Source of the DNA: Limnothrix sp. BL-A-16
Lineage (GTDB): Bacteria > Cyanobacteriota > Cyanobacteriia > CACIAM-69d
Length of the DNA: 64,000 bases
Direction: 5' to 3'
Assembly: GCA_041937175.2 (NCBI GenBank)
Contig: CP166615.1
Span: 3,328,001-3,392,000 of the forward strand
Under the pieces are notes generated by a model that was not told the origin of the DNA, ran no database searches, and saw nothing but the letters and a program-made list of their open reading frames with translations. The translations under genes were made by a program, and so were the position numbers. Positions 40,655 to 53,319 of this stretch are shown piece by piece (position 1 is the first letter of the stretch; every line of letters starts with the position of its first letter).

Positions 40655-42802
40655 TTATTTGATACCAGCAGGCAAATGAATAACAAATTGAGTGCCTTGA
40701 TTGGGTTGAGAGCGGCAGAAAATTCTCCCTTGGTGTCGCTCCGTAATAACTTGATAGCTGATTGACAGTCCCAAGCCTGTGCCTTTGCCAACGGGTTTTG
40801 TGGTGAAAAATGGATCGAAAATCCTTGCTTGCACGGATTCTGGAATGCCTGGGCCATTATCGGCAATGCTAATTTCAACCACATTTTCACTAGCGATAAA
40901 CTGGGTGGTAATTTCAATTCGGCTAGGATTAGCCTCAATTTCTGCCTCGCTCCAGCCGGCGGTTTTTTGCTCCAAGGCATCGATCGCATTAACCAGCAAA
41001 TTCATAAACACCTGATTGAGCGGGCCTGGATAGCATTCCACAGGTGGCAAATCGCCATATTTTGTGATCACTTCAATGGGCGGGTGGTCGGCTGTCGCTT
41101 TCAAACGATGTTTGAGCAACAGCAAGGTGCTTTCAATGCCATGGTGCAAATTGGTGACACAATCTTTGGTTTGGTCAGTTCTGGAAAATGTGCGCAGGGA
41201 TAAAACTAGCTGCCGAATTCGATCGGTGCCCACGGTCATCGAATCCAAAATTTTAATCAAGTCCGATTGAATAAACGCTAGTTCTTCAAAGTCGATCGAG
41301 GCTTGACCGTTAGATTGGCTGGCTTGACCGGCATGGATTGCATAAACCTGCGTTGTGGCTTGGAGTAACTCGTGAACGTAGTCCCGCACATAATCTAAGT
41401 TGCCATGAATAAAATTAACGGGATTATTAATTTCATGGGCAATTCCTGCCAAAAGTTGCCCCAACCCTGACATTTTTTCACTTTGGATCAGTTGCAATTG
41501 TGTCTGTTGCAATTGGTTTAGGGCTTCGCTGCGGTCTTGAACAGTGGCCTGTAGGGTTTGATTTGTTTCGGCCAAAGATTGCAAGGTTGCCTCCACTTTG
41601 GCAGCCATTTGATCAAAGGAATGACATAAAAAAGTCAACTCATCCATGTGCTGCCGATCGCGGTTGGGAGCTGTGACAACCTCCTCTGAGCTAATGGCGG
41701 TTGTTGGGGTGACCATGGGCATGATTTGCTTGGTGGCCACCAAGGTATTGCATTTTTCTAGAATCGGCTTGAGTTGGCGGTTCAGACGGCGCACAAAACC
41801 CAATACGGCGATCGCTAACAGAATAGCGGCGATGATGACGCTGATGATTAAAACGCGCCAAAGGGGCCCTAACACCACATCACTGGGAACAACGGCGATC
41901 GCAATCCAGTTGGCGCTGGGGATTCGCTCATAGGCAATGATTTGATCTTGGTGATAAATAATATCGGAATTTTTGCTCTGCAAGATGGGCCACAGTTCGC
42001 GCAAGAGTGGCAAATCTCGATAGCTGGAATTGGCTTGAAGAGACTTGAGCTTCGGTGGGTAAGCCAGCAATTTACCGGATTTGCTGAGAATGGCAAAATA
42101 GCCTTCATTGTTGATGACGGATCGATCAACTCGTTTGCTGAGTTCGGTGACGCTGAAGTCGGTTCCTGCTACGCCAACTAGTTGCCCCTGACTATCATAG
42201 AAGGGTACTAAATAGCTGGTCATAACAATATTTGACCACTCATAGGGTTCTATCCAAATTCCCTTTTGATTACCCACAGGAATTCGCCAGTAATGTCGAT
42301 CAGGATATTGATCATCTTTATATAGCTCTGAATAAAGCCAATCAGAGTGGGGAGGGGGCAAGCGCTCACCGATCGGATTGGGCTGACCTTGATCGACATA
42401 AAAATATGGATAAAACCACTGACGATCGCGCAAAACCTGAAAGGCATTTTGACCAAAGCCTACTCCCAACACTAAGCTGGGACGTTGTTTGAAAAACTCT
42501 AAAGTTAATTGCTTATAGAATTCTGGATCTTGAACATTTCGATCGCGATTGGTCAAAACAGCAGCAGTCAGAATCTCAATGTAGCGCTGAGACTCTAACA
42601 GTTGCCCCCGGGTAAATTCAACTTGTGCATCGAGTTCTGCGCGAATTCTACCAAGGGATTCCCGTTCAATGGAGCGATAGAAAACAATGGCCATGGTTCC
42701 CAATGCGACGAGGGATCCACCTAAAACGTAAAGGAAAAGCTGAGTGCTGATGGAGCGAACAAGCAGGCGATCGTGTAGTCTTTGAAACCACTTGGCCAAC
42801 AT
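40655..42802 (-). CDS. Cache-domain sensor histidine kinase (paralog 2)
   Basis: Same architecture as paralog 1. Shares WFYPYFYVDQG and QSEKMSGLGQ with it. Confidence 0.92.
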   Translation of the reverse strand: MLAKWFQRLHDRLLVRSISTQLFLYVLGGSLVALGTMAIVFYRSIERESLGRIRAELDAQVEFTRGQLLESQRYIEILTAAVLTNRDRNVQDPEFYKQLTLEFFKQRPSLVLGVGFGQNAFQVLRDRQWFYPYFYVDQGQPNPIGERLPPPHSDWLYSELYKDDQYPDRHYWRIPVGNQKGIWIEPYEWSNIVMTSYLVPFYDSQGQLVGVAGTDFSVTELSKRVDRSVINNEGYFAILSKSGKLLAYPPKLKSLQANSSYRDLPLLRELWPILQSKNSDIIYHQDQIIAYERIPSANWIAIAVVPSDVVLGPLWRVLIISVIIAAILLAIAVLGFVRRLNRQLKPILEKCNTLVATKQIMPMVTPTTAISSEEVVTAPNRDRQHMDELTFLCHSFDQMAAKVEATLQSLAETNQTLQATVQDRSEALNQLQQTQLQLIQSEKMSGLGQLLAGIAHEINNPVNFIHGNLDYVRDYVHELLQATTQVYAIHAGQASQSNGQASIDFEELAFIQSDLIKILDSMTVGTDRIRQLVLSLRTFSRTDQTKDCVTNLHHGIESTLLLLKHRLKATADHPPIEVITKYGDLPPVECYPGPLNQVFMNLLVNAIDALEQKTAGWSEAEIEANPSRIEITTQFIASENVVEISIADNGPGIPESVQARIFDPFFTTKPVGKGTGLGLSISYQVITERHQGRIFCRSQPNQGTQFVIHLPAGIK

Positions 42803-43295
42803 AGAAATCAGTTGTTTGGAAGAGCAACGGGTTTTAAAGAAAAATGCCCTGAGCTTAGCCCTAGTGATCGATAGCCATGACTGCTTTTAAAAATGTCTGA
42901 AATATTAATCATCTTCCATTTTTGCTTATTCTGAAACAATTAGGTTAAACATGATTAAAATTGGCTATTGAATTAACTGAGAATCTGCTTTTGCCCTTAA
43001 CGATTCCAATTATGCGATTTTTTCAGAAGGCTGACAATCTTGATCTTTATCTTTTATTTTTGGAATTTTAAGCGATCGATGATAATGATGGGCGTTGGGT
43101 GATCACAGTGATCGCAGTTCTTGAAGTTTTACGGATTCCAAGGGCAACCAACCGGATTCCTTTGCTGAGTGATTTGAGAAAGCGGATGGGCTGAGGCCCG
43201 ACCAGAAGCGATCAAGATGAACAGTACGATCGCCCCCAAAGGGGTTAAAAGGGGTGAGAATGTATTGTGCAAAACAATTTCCCGTTTCTTTCGCC

Positions 43296-44603
43296 ATGAC
43301 GTTTGCGCCCCCAGTTCAGCACCATGTTTTTCCCAATGGTTTGACGGCAATTGCGATCGAAAACCCAGCAGCGGATATTGTGGCGGCTCGTCTCTTCATT
43401 AAGGCCGGGAGCCTATGGGAGGCGCGATCAAAAGCGGGGCTAGCCAACTTGGTGGCAGCGGTGATGACAAAGGGCACGGAACGCCTGTCATCGATGGAAA
43501 TTGCGGAGCGGGTGGAATCGATTGGGGCCAGCCTGGGCACGGATGCTAGCACCGATTACTTTTTGGTTAGCCTCAAGAGTGTGTCCCACGATTTTGTGGA
43601 TTTGCTGTCGTTGGCGGGGGAATTATTGCGATCGCCCGCGTTTCCGGAGTCGGAGGTGGAACTGGAGCGATCGCTGATGTTGCAGGGGATTCGTTCCCAG
43701 CGCGAGCAGCCGTTTTCCCTGGGGTTCGATCAACTGCGCCAAGTGCTTTACGGGCCAGAGCATCCCTATGCGTTTTCGCCCTTGGGCACGGAAACCACCA
43801 CGGGACAACTGACCCCAGCGGATTTGCAGGCGTTTCATCAAACCTACTTCCAGCCCGATCGGGTGACGATCGCGGTGTCCGGTTGCCTGAGCACCCAGGA
43901 AACTCTGAAGGCGATCGAGGCTGTGTTTGGCGATTGGCAGGTGAGCGAGCAAGCAATTGTGGAGCCGCAGTTTCCACCCTTGCCCAACACCATTGAGCAA
44001 CGGGCAATCGCCCAGGAAACGCAACAGGCGATCGTCATGTTGGGTTATGGGGCCGCATCGGTGTTGGGAACGGGCGAAACCGCAACCGAGCAACAACATC
44101 ACCCGGACTATGCGGCGCTGAAGTTGGCTAGCACCTATTTGGGCAATGGTCTTTCGAGCCGCCTGTTTGTGGAGCTGCGGGAAAAACGCGGCTTGGCCTA
44201 TGAAGTTTCGGCGCTTTATCCAACCCGCTTGGGCCCGTCGCACTTTGTGGTCTACATGGGCACTGCCCCTCAGAACGTGCCCGAGGCGATCGCCGGGTTG
44301 CAATCGGAGGTGGAACGCTTGATTCATCACCCGATCGAGGAAGCAGAGCTAACCGCCGCTAAAAATAAGCTCTTGGGTCAATACGCCCTCGGGAAGCAAA
44401 CCAATGCCCAGTTGGCTCAACTCTATGGTTGGTATGAAGTGTTGGGCTTGGGTCGCGAGTTCGATCGCACCTTTCAAACCGCGATCGCCCAAGTGAGTGC
44501 CCAGGATATTCAAACGGTAGCCGATCGCTACTTTGCCGCGCCGCATATGGTTTTGACGGGCCCCGCCGCCGCCGTGGAGCCGGCCCTGTTGGTGACCCCC
44601 TAA
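43296..44603 (+). CDS. M16 family peptidase, non-catalytic subunit
   Basis: NGLT...GLANLVAAVMTKGT (no HxxEH), LSSRLFVELREKRGLAY. Confidence 0.9.
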   Translation: MTFAPPVQHHVFPNGLTAIAIENPAADIVAARLFIKAGSLWEARSKAGLANLVAAVMTKGTERLSSMEIAERVESIGASLGTDASTDYFLVSLKSVSHDFVDLLSLAGELLRSPAFPESEVELERSLMLQGIRSQREQPFSLGFDQLRQVLYGPEHPYAFSPLGTETTTGQLTPADLQAFHQTYFQPDRVTIAVSGCLSTQETLKAIEAVFGDWQVSEQAIVEPQFPPLPNTIEQRAIAQETQQAIVMLGYGAASVLGTGETATEQQHHPDYAALKLASTYLGNGLSSRLFVELREKRGLAYEVSALYPTRLGPSHFVVYMGTAPQNVPEAIAGLQSEVERLIHHPIEEAELTAAKNKLLGQYALGKQTNAQLAQLYGWYEVLGLGREFDRTFQTAIAQVSAQDIQTVADRYFAAPHMVLTGPAAAVEPALLVTP

Positions 44604-44663
44604 GTGCAGCCAGCGAGCGCCAAAACAGGCCAAAGTCAAAAAGTCCAAAGAAAATCAGAAAAT

Positions 44664-44695
44664 CAAGGGCAAGGAACTTCAGCCCCTTGCCCTTG
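44664..44695 (+). terminator. Hairpin after the M16 gene, related to the MITE palindrome
   Basis: CAAGGGCAAGG-AACTTCAGCC-CCTTGCCCTTG. Confidence 0.55.
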
Positions 44696-44746
44696 TTCTT
44701 GCCCTCTTAGTGGTTTTAGCCGCTGTTGTTTGAATCGTCGTGGTTA

Positions 44747-44872
44747 GAGGATGTTTAAAAAGTATTCTTTGGCACGGGCAAGCACCAATAGTCGTGGAAG
44801 GAGCTTAAGCCCCTTGTCTGAGTCGATCACTGGGGCGTACAGAGTAGCAATTTTGGCTTTTCAGACATCCTC
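44747..44872 (-). mobile_element. MITE family A copy (reverse orientation, 126 bp)
   Basis: GAGGATGTTTAAAAAG...CTTTTCAGACATCCTC with TTA on both sides. The reverse complement matches 57999-58129. Confidence 0.85.
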
Positions 44873-44956
44873 TTAGAGTCGCAGTGGCTAGCGTCGTAGC
44901 GGTCTGAGTCGCCCACCAACGGCATCAGCATTTTGAAAACTCGAGGAGAGTTCCTG

Positions 44957-45097
44957 GGGCGTGTCGTCAAATCGCATGAAACCTTGATTCCATCGTGACG
45001 AGATCGTTGGGAGCAAGGGGCTTAAGCCCCTTGTGACGATGATCGGGGTATGGAAAATCAATCGTTTCAGTTTGCCCCCAGGAAACGACGACAGGCA

Positions 45098-45098
<1 letters not shown>
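44957..45098 (-). mobile_element. MITE family B copy (142 bp)
   Basis: GGGCGTGTCGTC...GACGACAGGCAC with the central palindrome. It abuts the sqdB stop codon. Confidence 0.82.
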
Positions 45099-46261
<1,163 letters not shown>

Positions 46262-46541
46262 CTAGCGCTTGCCGATTGTTTCGCTCAATCTATCAGGGTT
46301 TGGTTAAATTTAGGCCTTCCACTGAAGGATGGGCACTGGATCCCGATTGATCCTGATAGGCTCCTGATGGGCTGGGCGTTTCGAGCACCATGATCTCGCC
46401 TTCGAGTTCTGATTGGTTTCTGGTCGGTTGTTGGTTGATCGTTAGTTGATCGTTGACTGATCAGCGATTGCCGGTTTGTGATTATTTGCAAATATTTTCT
46501 GGGCAGGTACTTTCCGCAAGTCCTTGCTGCAAGCCGCTGGG

Positions 46542-47285
46542 TCAAAACAAGTCCACTTGCCAATGGCGGAACCCATCCATAATGCCCAAGAGGCCAGGAT
46601 AGGGACTGCGGTAGAGGGTGGGTCGATCGCCCAAAGCCGCCAGCAATTTGGGTTCACTGTTGCCCACGGCGATCGCCCGGTAACCCGCCGCCAACAGGTT
46701 CAAATCATTGAGGCTGTCTCCGGCGGTGATGATGCGATCGCCCGGCCAGCGCTCCAGCTTGGCCAGTCGTTGCAGGGTAGATCCTTTGGCAACGCCCTTG
46801 GGCATCACGTCTAGATAGCGATCGGCGGACATAATTACATCAAAACCGGCCGCCTGGATCAGGTTCAGCGTGGCTTGCCGCAATAATTGCGGGTCGTAGT
46901 CATAGGACACGCGGTAGGCAAATTCCCCGCGCTGCAACGAAAGACCCGGCTCCCCCACCAGCAAGCGCTTCACCCGATCGTTCGCGCAATTCCAACGATT
47001 GGCGATTTCTGTCTGGATAGTTTCGATCAAGCGGCCCTGACCGTCATAGACCGTTGTACCCACATCGGCAATCACAAAATCCGGTTGGGGCACCGGGCAA
47101 TCGCCCGACCACAGTGGCTCAATGAGTTCCCAATGGCGACCGGTCACGAAAACCAAAATCAGCCGATCTCGCTGTTGTTCAATCCGTTGATAAAACGCAG
47201 CGCGATCGGCCTGGGAGCCGTGCAGAAAGGTTCCGTCCAAATCCGTTGCCAGCACCCAACGGGGCGCGGTCGTTGCAAAAACCAT
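46542..47285 (-). CDS. HAD-IIB hydrolase (sucrose-phosphatase-like)
   Basis: ATDLDGT, FVTGR, PDFVIADVG, AGDSLND, VGNS. Confidence 0.88.
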   Translation of the reverse strand: MVFATTAPRWVLATDLDGTFLHGSQADRAAFYQRIEQQRDRLILVFVTGRHWELIEPLWSGDCPVPQPDFVIADVGTTVYDGQGRLIETIQTEIANRWNCANDRVKRLLVGEPGLSLQRGEFAYRVSYDYDPQLLRQATLNLIQAAGFDVIMSADRYLDVMPKGVAKGSTLQRLAKLERWPGDRIITAGDSLNDLNLLAAGYRAIAVGNSEPKLLAALGDRPTLYRSPYPGLLGIMDGFRHWQVDLF

Positions 47286-47386
47286 AGATCACCAGTTCCC
47301 CACCGATGCGATCAATCCCTGGGCATTGTACCAAGGCGTTTCCTGCTCCCCAGGAAAGATGGGTGTCTAGTGGGGTTAATCAACGG

Positions 47387-48913
47387 CTATGCGCCGACGG
47401 CTTCCTTAGCGGCATAGAGCACTTCAGCGGTGATTTGCGTCAGTCCCCGATCGCGCGCAAATTTTTCCGTATTGCGCTTCACCTTGCCCCGCACAAAACC
47501 CGGCACACGGTTCAACTCCGTCAGCCCATCGCGACTCCAACTCAGCTCCGAATCCGTGGAAACAGACTTGGTAATCACTTCCTTGGTGTCGTGGCCGCCA
47601 AAGATTTCCAGCAAATGATCTTCCATACCCAAGGTGAAGGAGTTATACACCAAATCCACCACCTGATTAGCGCCCTCATAGCCCAAATAGGGCCGGTAGC
47701 CAACGGGGAAATTCTGAATATGAACCGGAGCCGCAATCACACCACAAGGGATATCTAATCGCTTGCCCACGTGGCGCTCCATTTGCGTGCCAAAGATGGC
47801 GGCCGGTTCAATTTCCGCGATCGCGTTGGCCACCTGGGTATGGTCATCGGTAATCAAGACTCGATCGCAATATTCACTGACCTGATCCCGGAACCAATCG
47901 GCATCATACTGACAGTAAGTGCCCGCCAAAACCACCTGAATTCCCATTTCCCGGGCCAGGATTTTGGTCATGGCCGCCGCGTGGGTGTTGTCACCAAACA
48001 CCACGGCTTTTTTGCCCGTCAGATTTTGACAGTCGATCGAACGCGTGAACCAAGCGGCTTGCGAAGCAAATCGGGTTTGTTCATCAATAAACCCTTCATA
48101 GTCCACCGCTTCGCCCTGGCTATTCAGCACGGATTGGATCGATCGAATGCAGCGGGCCGTTTCCACAATTCCCATCGGCGTAATATCCACAAGCGGCATC
48201 TGAAATTCCGTTTGTAAATATTGCGCCGTCAGCCCGCCAATTTCGCGGTAAGGAACCAAATTAAACCAAGCCCGAGGCAACTGTTTCAGTTCCTCCACCG
48301 AAGCCCCATCGGGAATCACCGCATTCACCGTAATTCCCAGATCTGCCATCAATCGCTTCAGTTCAGTGCAATCGTGGCGATTATGAAATCCCAGCGTGGT
48401 CATTCCCAAAATATTCACCGAAGGGCGATCGGTTTTTTGGGTTTGCAAATCACCCACTTTGCGGGCTTTTTCAATGTAGAACTTGACGATTTGCTGAAGG
48501 GTTTGATCCGCCGCTTGCAATTCGTTCACGCGGTAGTGATTCACATCCGCAAAAAGCACATCACCCTTGGCATCCAACTGGGCCCGCGCCACAAAATTTT
48601 GCAAATCCTCTTGCAAAATGCTCGAGGTACAAGTGGGAGTCAGCACAATTAAATCCGGCGCTTCTTCCCGATCTTTGCGAACAATATTATCAACAACTTT
48701 TTCTTGGGAGCCTTGGGCCAAAACATTGCGATCGACCACGCTGGTGGTGACAGGGGTATAGTCTCGCTCCCGTTCCAACATCGATCGCATCACATTGAAA
48801 TAATCATCCCCCAGTGGGGCGTGCATGATGGCATGGACTTTTTTAAAAGAACTGGCAATCCGCAACGTTCCAATATGGGCCGGCCCGGCATACATCCAAT
48901 AGGCTAATTTCAT
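47387..48913 (-). CDS. chlB: Light-independent protochlorophyllide reductase subunit B
   Basis: [42 protein letters not shown]. Confidence 0.99.
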   Translation of the reverse strand: MKLAYWMYAGPAHIGTLRIASSFKKVHAIMHAPLGDDYFNVMRSMLERERDYTPVTTSVVDRNVLAQGSQEKVVDNIVRKDREEAPDLIVLTPTCTSSILQEDLQNFVARAQLDAKGDVLFADVNHYRVNELQAADQTLQQIVKFYIEKARKVGDLQTQKTDRPSVNILGMTTLGFHNRHDCTELKRLMADLGITVNAVIPDGASVEELKQLPRAWFNLVPYREIGGLTAQYLQTEFQMPLVDITPMGIVETARCIRSIQSVLNSQGEAVDYEGFIDEQTRFASQAAWFTRSIDCQNLTGKKAVVFGDNTHAAAMTKILAREMGIQVVLAGTYCQYDADWFRDQVSEYCDRVLITDDHTQVANAIAEIEPAAIFGTQMERHVGKRLDIPCGVIAAPVHIQNFPVGYRPYLGYEGANQVVDLVYNSFTLGMEDHLLEIFGGHDTKEVITKSVSTDSELSWSRDGLTELNRVPGFVRGKVKRNTEKFARDRGLTQITAEVLYAAKEAVGA

Positions 48914-49280
48914 CGGCTGCTCAACTTGGGCCCAATAGCCCGACGCATTGACGTTGAATCAGGTCTAAATTTGCATCTAAATCTAAGCCCAAGTTTGATT
49001 CTCGCAGACGAATAATTGATCCCCGCTAAACATGAAGCATTGCAACGTAAACAAAAATCTGCAAGTGTTGCGAGACCTAACAACCCTTGCAGACGAATGA
49101 ATGGCGTTTGCCTTGTTTGGGATTGGCTTTTCGAGAATGAACCTCGTTTTGGCTTTGTCTTCTTTTGAACAAACTTGAATCAAGGTGAACGAACTTGAAC
49201 CCAATTGAAGGGTTGGGATGAGACCGAAGAGGCTATCTAAAAAGAATTTTTGGGTTTGGGCCCAGCACGCGCAGTCCTGG

Positions 49281-49420
49281 GGGCCGGTCACCGTTTAGCC
49301 CGAAACCCTAGGGCTGCCGTTAGCAGAAGTCGCGGGGGGCAAGGGGCTGAAGCCCCTTGTCTTTGTTGATCGAGGAGACTCGCCACATAGCCCCTCTGCA
49401 AGAATCGGGGTGAAAGGGCC
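49281..49420 (-). mobile_element. Degenerate MITE family B copy
   Basis: GGGCCGGTCACCGTTTAGCCCGAAACCCTAGGGCTGCCGTTAGC...CAAGGGGCTGAAGCCCCTTGT aligns to the reverse complement of 3424-3566. The distal half is eroded. Confidence 0.65.
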
Positions 49421-49443
49421 GAAGCGATCGCCCAACCTGACGT

Positions 49444-50190
49444 TTAAACCGAAGCTGCGTCGGGCACGGTTTCCACGGCGCGATCGTCCTGGGCCGGCAA
49501 TTCAAGGCAGTAACCCGCGCCATAAACGGTTTTGATGTAGCGCGGATGGCGGGGATCGGGTTCTAACTTGGTGCGCAAATGTCGCACGTGAACCCGAATG
49601 GTTTCAATGTCATCGTTGGGATCGTAACCCCAAACTTCCTTGAGAATTTCGCTGGGGGCCACGGTTTGGCCATGGCGTTGCAACAGGCAGTGCAACAGTT
49701 CAAATTCCAGGTGAGTGAGTTTAACGGTTTTGTCAAACCAGATGGCTTCAAACCGTTCAGGAACCAGGGTTAGGGGGCCGTAGCTCAGAATTTCGCTATG
49801 TTTAGCCGCTTGGGGAATGCGATCGGTGCGCCGCAACAGGGCCCGCACCCGCGCCAACATTTCTTCGACTTCAAAGGGCTTGGTTAAGTAATCGTCTGCC
49901 CCTGCATTGAAGCCTTCAACTTTATGCTGCGTTTGCCCCAGCGCCGTCAGCATGAGCACGGGAATATCGGCGGTGCGTTCATCACGTCGCAGCCGCTGAC
50001 AGACGGTGAACCCATCAACCTTGGGCAACATAATGTCCAACAAAATCAAGTCGGGCATGAGTTGGAGCGCTAGGGCTTGGCCCTTGATGCCATCGGTGGT
50101 TTGGTTCACGTCATAGCCGGCCATTTCTAGGTTGACGGATACCAGTTCGGAAATGGCTGGATCGTCGTCAATAACGAGAATGCGCGGCAT
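49444..50190 (-). CDS. rpaA: OmpR-family response regulator RpaA
   Basis: [10 protein letters not shown]...GIKGQALA...[12 protein letters not shown]...IETIRVH...YGAGYCLEL. Confidence 0.95.
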   Translation of the reverse strand: MPRILVIDDDPAISELVSVNLEMAGYDVNQTTDGIKGQALALQLMPDLILLDIMLPKVDGFTVCQRLRRDERTADIPVLMLTALGQTQHKVEGFNAGADDYLTKPFEVEEMLARVRALLRRTDRIPQAAKHSEILSYGPLTLVPERFEAIWFDKTVKLTHLEFELLHCLLQRHGQTVAPSEILKEVWGYDPNDDIETIRVHVRHLRTKLEPDPRHPRYIKTVYGAGYCLELPAQDDRAVETVPDAASV

Positions 50191-50441
50191 GGCCTTTGGC
50201 TCCGAAAAACGTGCGATCGGGGACAGGCAACCAACTGCGTATCCCTGATCGGATTATAAAGCGGCTGAGAAGAAGGCTGAAAAATCACTATTTTGTTTTA
50301 GCAATCGTTCGCAACTGACGGTAACAGTTCGCAATGTTGCAATGTTTGCAATCTGGCCGTGGCTAATCCTGCCGTCGCGAACCTTGTTGTTGCCCGATCG
50401 CCCCGCTGCCGGCTGCACGGGAGATTTAGGGGCTGCAAGGA

Positions 50442-51173
50442 TTAGGGACTGAGATGAACTTGGCCGAGGATGGCCCGCAGGCGATCGTAATCATCCTTGA
50501 GCAGGACGCTGAGAGTGCGGCCCGCCTGCACCAACCAGGGCCGATCGCCCTGTCGCAGCCGATAAACCTCCCGCAGGGTGGCGGCAATCAGCGCATCGGT
50601 GGGCGTGCCGCTCATTTGCAGCAAAGTCCGCAAAAAGTCCATTTTGGCGGTGAATTCCACCACCTCTTGGCGATCGCACCCATACACGGCTTGGTGAATT
50701 TGGGGTGGACGGGGGGGCAAATGTTGATAGAGCGGGCCGTTGATCAATTTGGCCCCCGCTTGCAAGAGGCTGGCGATCGCCCCTGGGTTCACGCCTTCTG
50801 TGCCGATCGCGTCGGGATTCAAGGACTCCAGCGGCACAAACCCCACGATCGCCACTCGAAACTCCGTGCGCAACATGGAAAAAATCTGCGGCTGTTGTTC
50901 GCGTAAATCTTCCAAGGACAGCCCCAAGGCCTGGGCCCGGTGTACGGAGTCGATCGGGGCGGTGGTGGCATGATAAACCACCCCATAGATCTGATTGCCG
51001 GAATCCTCATCGCGCGATCGCACCCAACTGCCAAAGGGCGGCATGGTCGGAAAACTAAGGGTTTCTGGCTCCAAACATTGGGCCAAATATTCCGTCGTGG
51101 CCGTTTCAATCACTTCCGCCAGGTGATGGGACGGGCGATCGCGCTGGGCAAATTGCGGCAGGGGTAAACGCAT
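50442..51173 (-). CDS. Conserved cyanobacterial HAS-barrel-like protein
   Basis: MRLPLPQF, EVIETATTEYLAQC, YQHLPPRPPQIHQAV, LLKDDYDRL. Adjacent to ndhS. Confidence 0.8.
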   Translation of the reverse strand: MRLPLPQFAQRDRPSHHLAEVIETATTEYLAQCLEPETLSFPTMPPFGSWVRSRDEDSGNQIYGVVYHATTAPIDSVHRAQALGLSLEDLREQQPQIFSMLRTEFRVAIVGFVPLESLNPDAIGTEGVNPGAIASLLQAGAKLINGPLYQHLPPRPPQIHQAVYGCDRQEVVEFTAKMDFLRTLLQMSGTPTDALIAATLREVYRLRQGDRPWLVQAGRTLSVLLKDDYDRLRAILGQVHLSP

Positions 51174-51236
51174 GGCCGAACCAAACGGGGCTAAGGGGAG
51201 CAAGGGTTAGAGGACGGATAGCCTTAAACCAATGCG

Positions 51237-51431
51237 TTACTTTTTGCCGCGACCAGCCGTGGCATCCACCGTCTCCAGTTCCGAGAACCGGAAGGTGACC
51301 AATTTATCCCAATTGCCGCCCTCAAACAGCACAGCCACTTTGCCATCGGTCACGCGCTGCACTTGACCTTGAAACTGATAGTAGGTGTCGTTGGGGTTAA
51401 TGACACGGACTGCGGAACCGGGCAGGATCAT
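51237..51431 (-). CDS. ndhS: NDH-1 subunit NdhS
   Basis: [10 protein letters not shown]...[24 protein letters not shown]. Confidence 0.95.
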   Translation of the reverse strand: MILPGSAVRVINPNDTYYQFQGQVQRVTDGKVAVLFEGGNWDKLVTFRFSELETVDATAGRGKK

Positions 51432-51700
51432 AGGATTAGCCTGAACTCGACAGGGACTGGGATTGGCGTTGGGATCGGGGCTTGGGGCCCCAAGGGCCGT
51501 CAAGCGATGCCCAGCCCTTACGATAGCGTGCGATCGAGCTGCTTTGATCGCCCAATCCCGCCCGATCGCCCCCAAAATTTTTGATATCCCCAATCAGGCG
51601 AACGGTTTAATTCTGAGCTGATCTCGGGCTGTGCCGATCGATGGGTCTAATCAATTGGGTCGATCAAGCACGCGACCTAGGGCAGGGATTCCCCGCGTCT

Positions 51701-52810
51701 TTAGCCGGCCAGCACCAAGTTATCCCGATGCACCACCGTTTCCGGTGCGTCGTGCCCCAAAATTGCGGCAATTTCGTCCGATCGCTTGCCACAGATTTTC
51801 TCCAGCGCCTCATGGCTGAAATTCACCAAGCCGCGAGCCACCTCCCGCCCTTCCAGATCACAGAGCTGCACCGCATCTTGGGGTTGAAACTCCCCTTCCA
51901 AGTCCCGAATTCCCGCCGCCAACAGGGATCCCCCCCCCGTGCAGATCGCCCGCACTGCCCCGGAATCGAGATAAAGCTTGCCCGCTGGAATCAGTCCATG
52001 GGCAATCCACCGCTTGCGGGCACTGGTGGCCTGAGGTTGGGGCGCAAACTGCGTGCCAATATCCGCCCCCTCCAAGATTTTCAGCAAGTTACGGGGTTGG
52101 CTACCGTCCGTAATCACCACGCGAACCCCGGCGCTGGTACCAATTTGGGCGGCGGTGATTTTGGTGGCCATGCCGCCGGTTCCCCACTGGGAGCCACGGC
52201 CGCCAATGTCCAGTTCCAACGCCTCCAAATCAGACATTTGCTCCACCAGGCGAATCGGTTCCGCGTCGGGATTTTGGCGTGGGTCGGCGGAATAGAGCCG
52301 ATCGACATCCGTGAGCAGAAACAGCCACTCCGCTTCCACCAGGCTGGCCACCAAGGCCGAAAGGGTGTCGTTATCGCCAAATTTCAACTCATCCACGGCC
52401 ACCGTGTCGTTTTCATTGACGATCGGGATAGCCCCCATCCGCAGCAGTTCTTGAAAGGTGCTGTAGGCGTTGATGTAGCGACTGCGCTGGGCCAAGTCCC
52501 CCCGCGTCAGCAACACTTGGGCGATCGGCTGGTCAAACTGACTAAACAGATCGTCATAGACCCGCATCAGTCGCCCTTGGCCCACGGCGGCCACGGCCTG
52601 TTTCTGGGCGATTGCCTTGGGGCGTTCCGTCAGCCCCAACCGCGCACAGCCCACCCCCACGGCTCCCGACGACACCAGCACCACGGGATAGCCCCGATCG
52701 CGCAGATCGCAAATCACTTCCACCAACGTGGCGATCGTGGACAAGGCCAGCCGGCCGCTGTCCGGTTGGGTCAAGCTAGAAGTGCCAATTTTCAAGACGA
52801 TCGGGCGCAT
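51701..52810 (-). CDS. proB: Glutamate 5-kinase
   Basis: [35 protein letters not shown] domain. Confidence 0.97.
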   Translation of the reverse strand: MRPIVLKIGTSSLTQPDSGRLALSTIATLVEVICDLRDRGYPVVLVSSGAVGVGCARLGLTERPKAIAQKQAVAAVGQGRLMRVYDDLFSQFDQPIAQVLLTRGDLAQRSRYINAYSTFQELLRMGAIPIVNENDTVAVDELKFGDNDTLSALVASLVEAEWLFLLTDVDRLYSADPRQNPDAEPIRLVEQMSDLEALELDIGGRGSQWGTGGMATKITAAQIGTSAGVRVVITDGSQPRNLLKILEGADIGTQFAPQPQATSARKRWIAHGLIPAGKLYLDSGAVRAICTGGGSLLAAGIRDLEGEFQPQDAVQLCDLEGREVARGLVNFSHEALEKICGKRSDEIAAILGHDAPETVVHRDNLVLAG

Positions 52811-52952
52811 AACTAACCACCACTTCTGGAAGGGTTGCAAGGGGCAACCAATTATCAAACCAGCGAAGGGCCCCAGCGGCCCAGGCTTTGGCCCCGGGGC
52901 GATCTTGGCCAACGGGGATCAGGCGGTGGATGTGTGGGGTGAATGCGTGGGG

Positions 52953-53195
52953 CTAATTCTGGGCGATCGCTTCGTCTTCGTGTGGATCCCTAACCAGAAT
53001 GCTTGAGATTGCTGCGAGACCTCCACCCCCCATCCCGGCCCAGATCTTGGGCGAAACGGCTATCTCAATCCCAGTGATCCCAAAAACCATGGGAAACGCA
53101 GCGCAAAAACAAAGTGCCGGGATCCGGAGACCCCAGCACTTTGACTGTTTAAAAAAGTTGGTTTTATGGTTAGGGTCTTTATTGGCTGACCCCAT
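52953..53195 (-). CDS. Putative small membrane protein (80 aa)
   Basis: ATG start, basic N-terminus, two hydrophobic segments, acidic tail. No family recognised. Confidence 0.45.
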   Translation of the reverse strand: MGSANKDPNHKTNFFKQSKCWGLRIPALCFCAAFPMVFGITGIEIAVSPKIWAGMGGGGLAAISSILVRDPHEDEAIAQN

Positions 53196-53319
53196 TTGAA
53201 CTGTTATTAGAATCGCAGATTTTTGGGATGGCGTTTTATTTCCTTATATTTTTTTTATATTTGTTTCTTCATAAAAGTTAATCAACATGATCGGATTTTG
53301 TATTCTAGCAAGCGATATA

